64,000 bases of DNA from Verrucomicrobium sp. Its GTDB lineage: Bacteria > Verrucomicrobiota > Verrucomicrobiia > Methylacidiphilales > UBA1321. The position numbers and the translations under genes were made by a program. The notes under the pieces are model-generated. The model searched no databases. It saw only the letters and a program-made list of their open reading frames with translations, and was not told the DNA's origin. The DNA is taken from NCBI GenBank assembly GCA_017849585.1, contig JAFIGT010000032.1, positions 84,027 through 148,026 on the forward strand. Direction: 5' to 3'. Below, in pieces: positions 46,009 to 53,722 of the stretch. Within the stretch, counting starts at the first letter, position 1; the number at the start of each line of letters is the position of its first letter.

Positions 46009-47910
46009 ATGAATACTCCCGTTATCGTGCGACTGGTCCGCTTCATCGCGATTTCATTTCTATCCGCCGCCGCAACCGCGCAGGCCACTCTCTGGCATGT
46101 GGACCTGAAAGGGCCGAACGGTGACGGGAAAAGTGCGGAAACGGCGCTGACGTCCATCCAGCGGGCGGTCGATCTGGCAGAGCCGGGAGATACGGTGCTC
46201 ATTCGTCCGGGGATTTATTATGAGAATGTGATTCTGAAGCGGGGCGGCACGGCGAAGGCACCGTTGCGCCTGATGGCGGACGCAGTGGAGCGGGATCGGG
46301 TGATTCTCAGTGGCGCGGCGCGTGCAATCCGTGAGGGAAAGGTGGCTTGGGAGTTGGTCGACAAAGACTCGGGACTTTATCGCATTCCCTTTCTCTACCG
46401 ACCCACGCGCGTCTTGGCCTCAGGGGTGGATTTGCAGCCGTATCCGTCGTTGGCGGACCTTAAGGCATTCCGCTTTCTGGCGGACAATTATCCGGGCAAT
46501 TCCCACGGTTTCGCCTGGGATCCGGAATCGAAAAATCTCTACGTCCGTCTACGCGCGGATGGCCGGTATGGGGCGACCAATCCCAATGCCGCCGTCATGG
46601 CTGTATCGGGACCGCCAGCGGGGGGGAAGTGGGGTAATGAGATTACGGCTGATGAGAATTGGAATCTGGCGCTTCGATTTGCCGAGGAGGCCCATGTCAT
46701 CATCGATGGGCTGACCTTTGAGACGCCCGGTTATGCCGGTATTTACACGGAGGCAGGAGAACTGACGGTTCGCAATTGCTACTTCATCGGTTGCCGTTAC
46801 GGCGTGGCGGGGAAGGAGCCGGGCCGCGGTGGGAAGGGGCTTATCGACCGCGTTACGGTGGAGAATTGTTACTATACGCAATACCCGGCATTTACCGACG
46901 TGGAGGACATCGTCGCGAAATATAAGGCAGAACAATACACCAAGTCCGAGTGGTGGCAGAAAATCATGCATTGGCAGCGCAAGGGTGGGCTTCCGCCCAA
47001 AAGCGGAGGAGTGGGCCGCGCCTTTAATTATGAAACAGGGCTGACCCGCGGCATGGGAGCGGGCTGGATCGTGCGCTACAATTATCTGTATGACGTGTTT
47101 GAGGGATTCAGCGCGGGCTCGACGTCATCGAGCCAGGGCGCGGAAATCTATGGCAACCGACTGGAGCGGATTTGCGACAATGCGGTGGAAACGGAAAATC
47201 ATTCGCGGGATCTGCGCTTCCACAACAATTTGATCATCGATGCGTTCGAACCCATTTCCTGGCAACCCATCGATGGACCGCCGATGCCCGGTCCCGCATA
47301 CATCTACGATAATATCGTGCTCCAAACACCGGCCGTGTCTGCGATGTGGGAGGTGGCGGGTAATAGCGGTGGTATTTTCAAAATGGGAATTCAGAACAGA
47401 AGTGGAGTTGGTGAAGTGGCGGAAAGCCAGGTGCCGGGTGGCTTCTGGGTGACGCACAACACGATCCTCGTCACCCGCGGCAGAGTCTTCACGCTCTTGA
47501 CTGCGCCTACCTCTTCGTATGGTCAATTCTACTTTGCCAACAATGTCTTCCTGACGCGCGGCATTGCCGGGGCAAACAGCATGAACGACAAGGGGAGGGG
47601 AATCTATTTCGACGGCAATCTGCTGGCTCCCTCCGCGATGCCGACCCTGCCCCAGGAATCGTATTTGCAGCGCGCCGCTCTCGTAGCGGGGCCTCATGGC
47701 AAAGTGTTCGACGATCCATCGGTGGTGACGGTCGCAGCGGATGGTCACGTAACGATGAAGGAGATGGAGGCGTTGAACGTCGGGATTACTACGCGAACGG
47801 TCTCCTGGAACGGACTGAATATCGAATTTCCCGCCCTCATGCCGCTGCGGACGGTCGTGGGGGCAGTCCCTTTCGATAACAGCCGAGTGGGGCCGCAGCC
47901 CAGAAAATAA
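46009..47910 (+). CDS. secreted right-handed parallel beta-helix protein (pectate-lyase-fold; possible polysaccharide lyase/hydrolase)
   Basis: Signal peptide. N-terminal cap pattern SIQRAVDLAEPGDTVLIRPGIYYENV, and repeated N/G-rich beta-helix turns. Confidence 0.7.
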   Translation: MNTPVIVRLVRFIAISFLSAAATAQATLWHVDLKGPNGDGKSAETALTSIQRAVDLAEPGDTVLIRPGIYYENVILKRGGTAKAPLRLMADAVERDRVILSGAARAIREGKVAWELVDKDSGLYRIPFLYRPTRVLASGVDLQPYPSLADLKAFRFLADNYPGNSHGFAWDPESKNLYVRLRADGRYGATNPNAAVMAVSGPPAGGKWGNEITADENWNLALRFAEEAHVIIDGLTFETPGYAGIYTEAGELTVRNCYFIGCRYGVAGKEPGRGGKGLIDRVTVENCYYTQYPAFTDVEDIVAKYKAEQYTKSEWWQKIMHWQRKGGLPPKSGGVGRAFNYETGLTRGMGAGWIVRYNYLYDVFEGFSAGSTSSSQGAEIYGNRLERICDNAVETENHSRDLRFHNNLIIDAFEPISWQPIDGPPMPGPAYIYDNIVLQTPAVSAMWEVAGNSGGIFKMGIQNRSGVGEVAESQVPGGFWVTHNTILVTRGRVFTLLTAPTSSYGQFYFANNVFLTRGIAGANSMNDKGRGIYFDGNLLAPSAMPTLPQESYLQRAALVAGPHGKVFDDPSVVTVAADGHVTMKEMEALNVGITTRTVSWNGLNIEFPALMPLRTVVGAVPFDNSRVGPQPRK

Positions 47911-47927
47911 GAACAAAAAGGAAACGC

Positions 47928-48725
47928 ATGAGTCGCCTAAATTCTCAGTGGTGCCGGATCGCGTATGGGAGTTGGCTGCTGGCGCTTGCCAGTCCTTCAC
48001 AGGCGGAACTGGTTTGGAAAGCCGACTTCGAAGATCCGGCGAAACATTCCGCGACTACACTCGTCGAGGCAGGTGGTCAGAATAATACGTTCACCACGAT
48101 CAAGCCCGGTGGATTCATGACGGTGAGCGAATACAAGGTGGTTGTGGGAGGAACCGCTCCGAAATTTATGAAGGGCGGCGTCCTATATGTGGAGGCGGTC
48201 AACAGCGGGGGCGAAACGGGGCTGGGTGCGGTGCGGTTGACGCAAGCTTCGCTGGCTCGCTTTATGCCGGGGAGTGTTGTCGTTTTGAGCTATGATTTGT
48301 ACTACACCGCAGAGCAGGCGTTCAGTATCGGTGTCGAAGTGAGGACGAGTCGGGAGCAGCGGCTTGGGAATACTCTTTATATTCCCAACCTGCCCAAAGG
48401 TGTTCCCTTACGCATGACGGTGGTGGTGAATCGCGGGGGTGACCCGGTGACCCTTCCGGGAGATTTGGGCGTGCTCGAAGCGAACCGCATGGCCACTTAT
48501 TATTACGATGGTAGCCAGTTCAGCCGGGCTGAAACTTCTGACGTCATTTCCTTTAAGGAGGGGATGACGGGATTCACCATCGGCCTCAGTTTGAGCAAGC
48601 TCAAGCCCGGCGGCATGCTGGCGGTCTGGTACGATCATTTCGGCATCTGGACGCAGGCATCCGATCTGGTAGATGGCGTCAGTGTATTAAAATTATCTCC
48701 CGGCACAGGGATTCCCCAAGTATGA
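47928..48725 (+). CDS. secreted protein, family Y paralog 2 (no PEP-CTERM anchor)
   Basis: Signal peptide plus the family Y blocks (LVWKADFE, NRGG, TGFTIG, WYDHFGIW, VDGVSVLKLSPGT). It ends GIPQV*, where paralog 1 has VPEPST. Confidence 0.7.
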   Translation: MSRLNSQWCRIAYGSWLLALASPSQAELVWKADFEDPAKHSATTLVEAGGQNNTFTTIKPGGFMTVSEYKVVVGGTAPKFMKGGVLYVEAVNSGGETGLGAVRLTQASLARFMPGSVVVLSYDLYYTAEQAFSIGVEVRTSREQRLGNTLYIPNLPKGVPLRMTVVVNRGGDPVTLPGDLGVLEANRMATYYYDGSQFSRAETSDVISFKEGMTGFTIGLSLSKLKPGGMLAVWYDHFGIWTQASDLVDGVSVLKLSPGTGIPQV

Positions 48726-50170
48726 GCACCACTCTTGCAAATAAACCGACCGAGCCGTCCACCAAATCGTGGACGGCCGGGACGCTGACCTATTCCATGG
48801 GAGGGATTGTCGCCCTGTTTTTCTGGTTATTGGTTGGCGATTTCGCGTGGTCGATGCGCGAGAAGTCGGTCGGCCCAATGGCTCAGTGGTACCTGCATCA
48901 TTTGATGGTGCCGAATTTTATTTTGGGATTGCTGATCAGTTCACTGCCAGCGGTCATCCAGATTTTTGTTGGTCCTTTCATCAGCGTCAAATCGGATCGC
49001 ACACGGAGCAAATGGGGCCGGCGTATTCCCTTTCTATTTATCACGACGCCAATGGCGGCGCTCGGCATGGTGGGCTTGGGCCTGACGCCGCTCGTGGCGA
49101 AATGGCTTCACCAGACTTTCATGGCTTCCTCGGCAGCGGGCGCGGGAATCGGATCTTTTTTCGCAAATGAGATGATTATCTCGGTGATTTGTTTCGGTAT
49201 TTTCTGGACGTTGTTTGAAGTGGCGGTCATCGCCGGAAAACCGGTTTTCGACGGGCTGATCAACGATGTCGTTCCGCAGGCTCTGCTGGGGCGCTTTTAC
49301 GGACTGTTCCGCGCGGTGATGCTGATCGATGGCATGGTGTTCAATTTTTGGGTCATGGGATATGTGCCCACGCATTTTACGCTGATCATGGTGTCGGTGG
49401 GGGTGTTCTACGGTGTGGCCTTTTTCTGGGTCTGTCTGAAGGTGAAAGAGGGCGAGTACCCGGCGCTTCCTCCGGTTCCCGAGAAAGCCGGTGTTGCCGG
49501 TAACCTGCTCGGTGCGGCGGCAACCTACTGTCGGGAATGTTTCTCTCATCCCTATTATCTGTCTGTTTTCGTCATGATGATGGCGGCAGCGGTTTGTTTT
49601 GGACCAATCAATACCTTTGCGATTCCGTTTGCCGGGCATGTTGGTGTTGATATGAAAACCTACGGACAGGCGGTGGCCTGCACCTATCTAGTTTCCCTGA
49701 GTCTGGCTTACTTTTTGGGCTGGATGGCCGATCGGTTTCATCCCTTGCGCCTGTGCATCGGGGTGTTGATTGGGTACGTTGCGGTGACGGCTTGGGGCAG
49801 TTTTTACGCGCGGAGCGCGACGACTTTTCTCATCGCGTGGATCATGCACGGGCTTTTATCGGGTTGTTATTTCACGTGTGCGGCATCACTCGGACAGAGG
49901 TTGTTTCCGCGCGAGAAATTTGCGCAGTATGCCTCGGCGGCGGCCCTGTTTAGCGCCGGAGCGAACATTTTTCTCGCGCCAACAATGGGCTCGATCATCG
50001 ATCTGTCCGGCAATACCTATCGCTACACTTTTGCGGGGTCCTGCCTCCTGGCCATCATCGCCCTCGTGGCGGCTTGTCTCGTCTATGGCCGATTCCGGAA
50101 GCTGGGTGGCCCGGCTCATTACGTCGCCCCGGATTACAGGGAGGGGCGTAAATCCGCGCCGACGAGCTAA
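48722..50170 (+). CDS. MFS transporter
   Basis: About 12 predicted TM helices and a loop 2-3 motif SDRTRSKWGRRIPF. Its start overlaps the upstream stop (ATGA). Confidence 0.85.
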   Translation: MSTTLANKPTEPSTKSWTAGTLTYSMGGIVALFFWLLVGDFAWSMREKSVGPMAQWYLHHLMVPNFILGLLISSLPAVIQIFVGPFISVKSDRTRSKWGRRIPFLFITTPMAALGMVGLGLTPLVAKWLHQTFMASSAAGAGIGSFFANEMIISVICFGIFWTLFEVAVIAGKPVFDGLINDVVPQALLGRFYGLFRAVMLIDGMVFNFWVMGYVPTHFTLIMVSVGVFYGVAFFWVCLKVKEGEYPALPPVPEKAGVAGNLLGAAATYCRECFSHPYYLSVFVMMMAAAVCFGPINTFAIPFAGHVGVDMKTYGQAVACTYLVSLSLAYFLGWMADRFHPLRLCIGVLIGYVAVTAWGSFYARSATTFLIAWIMHGLLSGCYFTCAASLGQRLFPREKFAQYASAAALFSAGANIFLAPTMGSIIDLSGNTYRYTFAGSCLLAIIALVAACLVYGRFRKLGGPAHYVAPDYREGRKSAPTS

Positions 50171-50370
50171 GACGTCGAAGGTCATAAGCCATCCGAGCTG
50201 CCCTCGGTATGATCGGATTTCTGTTCTGCAACAGATTTTCTGCAAATAACTTATAACTATACGAGGTCTTGCCGAGATCAAGATTCAGCCCTGCCTAAAG
50301 TTTTGCCGACAAGATGCCGTTGACTACACAAGAGTCGGCTGATTCAAGCCAGACTCAGCCTTAACCAGGA

Positions 50371-50922
50371 ATGGAGAACCGCATGAACCGAGTCGACGTC
50401 CCCAATCGCAAGAACGAAAAGCTGATCCTCAAAAAGTCCGACATGAACGCCGTCAACCTCGCCCTCTCCTTGGCCGACAAAGGCACCGGCAACCTCTTCC
50501 CCCCTTACGAATCCTACCGCTACATCCTCAACGGCTCCCTCACCGGCATTTCCCTCTTCAGCGTCTGGAAAGGCCAGACACCCGTCCTCGCCTCGTTCAT
50601 CACCTGGTCGGACGAAGGGCTCGAAAAGCTGCGCCCCGCTGTCTCCAAAGTGTACCAGCGCATGGTCGGCCCCATTCGTATCGAAGCGGAAACCGAGTTG
50701 GTCGACATCGAACTCCCCCAGAGCCTGCCACAAGTCGTCTCCATTCCCTGTGAGGACTTCAACAGTCTCGACGAAGAAGAACGCAAATTCATTCTCGAGT
50801 TTGAACAAACCATGGCTTGGGCCATCCTCGTCGAACGCCGTTGCCTGGATGCCAACCGCACCAGTGGCAGCCTCGACCTCGAAGACGCCACCACAGAAGC
50901 CCTTGCCGGAAGCTGCGCCTAA
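50371..50922 (+). CDS. hypothetical acidic cytoplasmic protein
   Basis: 183-aa ORF with strongly C-ending codons. The antisense 226-aa ORF is G/E/V/A/F-rich shadow. No family recognised. Confidence 0.5.
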   Translation: MENRMNRVDVPNRKNEKLILKKSDMNAVNLALSLADKGTGNLFPPYESYRYILNGSLTGISLFSVWKGQTPVLASFITWSDEGLEKLRPAVSKVYQRMVGPIRIEAETELVDIELPQSLPQVVSIPCEDFNSLDEEERKFILEFEQTMAWAILVERRCLDANRTSGSLDLEDATTEALAGSCA

Positions 50923-51031
50923 AACGGCCCTTCCGACCCCTCGACAGAAAGCCGCACAACAGGCTTTCCAATTTAAAAGATCGCCACTAGCCTGCCACTC
51001 GTGCACCATCTCCATGCTGCACAAGGCAATC

Positions 51032-51105
51032 CGGAGCGTAGCTCAGCTTGGTAGAGCACTTGGTTTGGGACCAAGACGTCGCAGGTTCAAATCCTGTCGC
51101 TCCGA
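51032..51105 (+). tRNA. tRNA-Pro (anticodon TGG)
   Basis: Manual cloverleaf. Acceptor CGGAGCG/CGCTCCG, D arm GCTC-AGCTTGGTA-GAGC, anticodon arm CTTGG-TTTGGGA-CCAAG and T arm GCAGG-TTCAAAT-CCTGT. No encoded CCA. Confidence 0.9.
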
Positions 51106-51148
51106 TTCCCGGAAAAACCTTTCCGGTATTTGCCACCTGTCCCTTTCC

Positions 51149-51233
51149 GCCCGAGTGATGGAATGGCAGACATACAGGACTTAAAATCCTGAGGTTCGAA
51201 AGGACCGTGCGGGTTCGACCCCCGCCTCGGGCA
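51149..51233 (+). tRNA. tRNA-Leu (anticodon TAA)
   Basis: Manual cloverleaf. Acceptor GCCCGAG/CTCGGGC, anticodon arm CAGGA-CTTAAAA-TCCTG, a long variable arm and T arm GCGGG-TTCGACC-CCCGC. Confidence 0.9.
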
Positions 51234-51349
51234 CTCTGTAAAATTTGACCGTTCACCGGCACCAAGAAAACGGACTGGCTCTTTGATGCCGGTCAAGGGA
51301 ACGCGGCCGGCGGTCGCGTAGGAGTAATCAAACCAGATCCTGCAGGCGC

Positions 51350-51829
51350 TTAGGATTCTTCCGCGATGGTCTGGAAGATATCGCGGAGTTCGTCGGCTTT
51401 GGAGGCGAGCTTGCGGTATTTGGGGTCAAGGGCGATGGCGCGCTTGAGGGACTTGCGGGCGTTGTCGACGTTGCCCATCTTGGCTTCGAGGCGGGACATC
51501 TGATAGTGGTGGACGGCCTTGGTGCGCAGGGAGGAGGGGGCCTGCAGGAGGACATCCTTGGCTTCCTGGGTGCGGCCGAGCTTGTGGAGGCAGCGGGAGG
51601 CGTCGAGAAAGCCGCGCTCGGAGGAGGGGAAAAGGTGGCAGACGTTGCGGGCGATGACGAGGGCTTCGAGCCATTGCTTGCGGGCCATGTGAATGGCGGT
51701 GCGCAGCTCCATGAATTCACGGTTGAAGCGGTGGCTGAACGGAACCGGCTCGATTTCCGAGAGGGCTTCATCTGGCAAGCCGAGGTAGAGATAACCTCGA
51801 GCTGCATCCATGCAACGTTCCGGGCTCAT
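51350..51829 (-). CDS. tetratricopeptide (TPR) repeat protein
   Basis: 159 aa with TPR-like helical pairs (e.g. YQMSRLEAKMGNVDNARKSLKRAIALDPKY). Confidence 0.65.
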   Translation of the reverse strand: MSPERCMDAARGYLYLGLPDEALSEIEPVPFSHRFNREFMELRTAIHMARKQWLEALVIARNVCHLFPSSERGFLDASRCLHKLGRTQEAKDVLLQAPSSLRTKAVHHYQMSRLEAKMGNVDNARKSLKRAIALDPKYRKLASKADELRDIFQTIAEES

Positions 51830-52045
51830 TTTTTAATCTATGCTCCTTTCGAGATAGAACTTTTCTATATCTAACACAACTCTTTTTTAGGTGAATGTAA
51901 ACGGGTTTTTTAAGATTTCTTCATTTATTATAGCACCTCTCATACCAAGTGCAAAAGTTGCCCGGTTGAGAGGGGGGAAACGCTTGTTTTTGACTTTATT
52001 TTGGAACGGGTGAACCTTGTTTGACGCGAACTGGGCAAAATCTGC

Positions 52046-53023
52046 ATGGCTTGGAAAATCACTCTCTCTAATGGAATTCATTTGCCGCAGGTGGCGTTGC
52101 ATTGCGATGCGCGACGGCGGGTGGATCTGTCCTTCATTTCGCATGCGCATTTTGACCACATTGGTTCGCATCGTCATGTGGTGTGTACAGAAGGAACCAG
52201 TCGTTTGTTGCAGGGACGATTGAAGGGCGAGCGCGAGGAAACGGTGTTGGCGTTTGAGCAAACGCACACGTTGGCGAACGGGGCGGAGGTGAAGTTGTTT
52301 GCGGCGGGGCATGTGCTGGGCTCAGCGCAGTTGTGGGTGCGCCATGAGGAGGAGAGTTTGTTGTACACGGGCGATTTCAAGTTGCGTCCGGGGCTGACGG
52401 CGGAGCGATGCGCGACGCCGCGTGCGGATGTGTTGATTATGGAGACGACATTTGGCTTGCCGCGCTATGTGATGCCGCCGACGGAAGAAGTGGCGGCGTC
52501 GATGGTGGCGTTCTGTCGCGCGGCGTTGGCGGAAGGCGTGACGCCGGTGTTGTGGGCGTACTCGCTGGGGAAGAGTCAGGAGGTGCTGGCGTTGCTGGCG
52601 GAAGCGGAGTTGCCGGTGATGATGCACGCGGCGTCGGTGGCGATGACACGAGTGTATGAATCGCTCGGGATGACGTTTCCGGCATACCGGGAATTTGACG
52701 CGGCGGATGTGGCGGGTCACGTGGTGATTGGTCCGCCGCAGGGCGCGTGGCTGGAGGGCGTGGCGAAACGGCGCACGGCGATGGTGTCGGGTTGGGCATT
52801 GGATTCGGGGGCGATTTATCGTTATGGCTGCGACGCGGCGTTTGCGTTATCGGATCACGCGGATTTTCCGGATCTGTTGAAGTTCGTGGAGGCGGTGCAG
52901 CCGAAGCGGGTGTATACGGTGCACGGTTTTGCGCGGGAGTTCGCGGCGACGTTGCGGGCGCGGGGTGTGGAGGCGTGGGCGCTCGGGATGGAGAATCAGT
53001 TGGAGTTGGGGCTGGGAATTTGA
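52046..53023 (+). CDS. MBL-fold/beta-CASP-like exonuclease (ligase-associated DNA damage response exonuclease type)
   Basis: HxHxDH-type motif ISHAHFDH, later GHVLGSA, ETTFG, SDHAD and TVHG motifs. 325 aa, typical of the small ligase-associated exonuclease family. Confidence 0.7.
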   Translation: MAWKITLSNGIHLPQVALHCDARRRVDLSFISHAHFDHIGSHRHVVCTEGTSRLLQGRLKGEREETVLAFEQTHTLANGAEVKLFAAGHVLGSAQLWVRHEEESLLYTGDFKLRPGLTAERCATPRADVLIMETTFGLPRYVMPPTEEVAASMVAFCRAALAEGVTPVLWAYSLGKSQEVLALLAEAELPVMMHAASVAMTRVYESLGMTFPAYREFDAADVAGHVVIGPPQGAWLEGVAKRRTAMVSGWALDSGAIYRYGCDAAFALSDHADFPDLLKFVEAVQPKRVYTVHGFAREFAATLRARGVEAWALGMENQLELGLGI

Positions 53024-53050
53024 AATTTCAGATTTGAGATTTCAAAGGGG
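53016..53050. repeat. intergenic repeat element, copy B (5' part only)
   Basis: gaatttgaaatttcagatttgagatttcaaagggg matches the start of copy A (27431-). It overlaps the TGA stop of the 52046 gene and is followed by short GC hairpins (GGCAC-GAC-GTGCC, CCCTC...GAGGG). Confidence 0.6.
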
Positions 53051-53130
53051 CACACACCCCGGCACGACGTGCCATCCCTCTTTATCGAGGGGATTTCAGC
53101 CGACGGGAGTCATCGATACTGAGGCCGGCT

Positions 53131-53655
53131 TTAAAGCAACCCGCGCTTGCGGAAGTCGTCGAAGTTCTGGCCGCTGGAGGATTGGATGAGGTCGACCATG
53201 AATTTGATCAGGCAGACTTCCCAGCCATCGTCGATGCCGGTGAGGACGGCGGAGAGGGGATCGCTTTTGGCGGTGACGTCGATCTTTACCTTGTCGGTGA
53301 TTTCGGCGAGGGAGAGGTGAGCCTCGTAGGAGCGGATGTCGGCCTTGCGGAAGCGGAAGCCATACTTGAGGAAGGCGAGCTTCTGGCTGTTCATGCTGAG
53401 GAAGTCGGCGAATTCCTGGGCGCGTTCGCCGAAGCCTTCGAGCATGAGGCGGGAGAAGTGTTCGGGCGACATGATCTCGGGCCGCTCGGCGTGGATCTGG
53501 CCTTCGCGGACGCGGGTGAGGTTGATCGCGTCCATGTCCTCGGTGATGAGGTAGTAGTTGATCAACGACGTGCCGAAGGTGGCGAGGCGCTGCCGGGGCG
53601 GCAGGATAACGTGCGTGTTCTCGATCGCGTAATTGATGTCGTCGGGCGTGAGCAT
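53131..53655 (-). CDS. conserved hypothetical protein
   Basis: 174-aa ORF with native-looking composition. No family recognised. Confidence 0.55.
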   Translation of the reverse strand: MLTPDDINYAIENTHVILPPRQRLATFGTSLINYYLITEDMDAINLTRVREGQIHAERPEIMSPEHFSRLMLEGFGERAQEFADFLSMNSQKLAFLKYGFRFRKADIRSYEAHLSLAEITDKVKIDVTAKSDPLSAVLTGIDDGWEVCLIKFMVDLIQSSSGQNFDDFRKRGLL

Positions 53656-53668
53656 GGCGCGGGAAAAA

Positions 53669-53703
53669 GTACAGGTTCTAAGTTCTAGGTACTAGGTAAG
53701 GAA
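53669..53703. repeat. tandem heptamer block (GTACAG GTTCTAA GTTCTAG GTACTAG GTAAGGA)
   Basis: Read directly. Related to the block at 55656-55690 and preceded by the same ggaaaaagtac context. Confidence 0.6.
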
Positions 53704-53722
53704 CCGGGAGGCAAGGCGCGGT

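Noticed and set aside
47125-48000. 291-aa minus-strand ORF
   Set aside because: Antisense to the beta-helix protein gene. R/H-rich low-complexity translation.
50193-50239. Possible intrinsic terminator after the MFS gene (CCGAG-ctgcc-CTCGG, and TCTGTT-ctgc-AACAGA followed by TTTT)
   Set aside because: The stems are only 5-6 bp. This is too weak to call without folding energies.
50344-51024. 226-aa minus-strand ORF opposite the 183-aa hypothetical gene
   Set aside because: G/E/V/A/F/D-rich sequence, characteristic of the antisense of a C-ending-codon gene. The plus-strand ORF reads as a normal protein.
50900-51350. Genomic island or prophage integrated at the tRNA-Pro/tRNA-Leu pair
   Set aside because: No integrase, excisionase or phage genes are present, and no duplicated tRNA 3' segment is visible within the window. 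Only a compositional and functional boundary is reported.
51328-51874. Alternative ORFs overlapping the TPR gene (P/S/A-rich 159 aa; plus-strand 122 aa)
   Set aside because: Low-complexity translations. The frame giving TPR-like helices is preferred.
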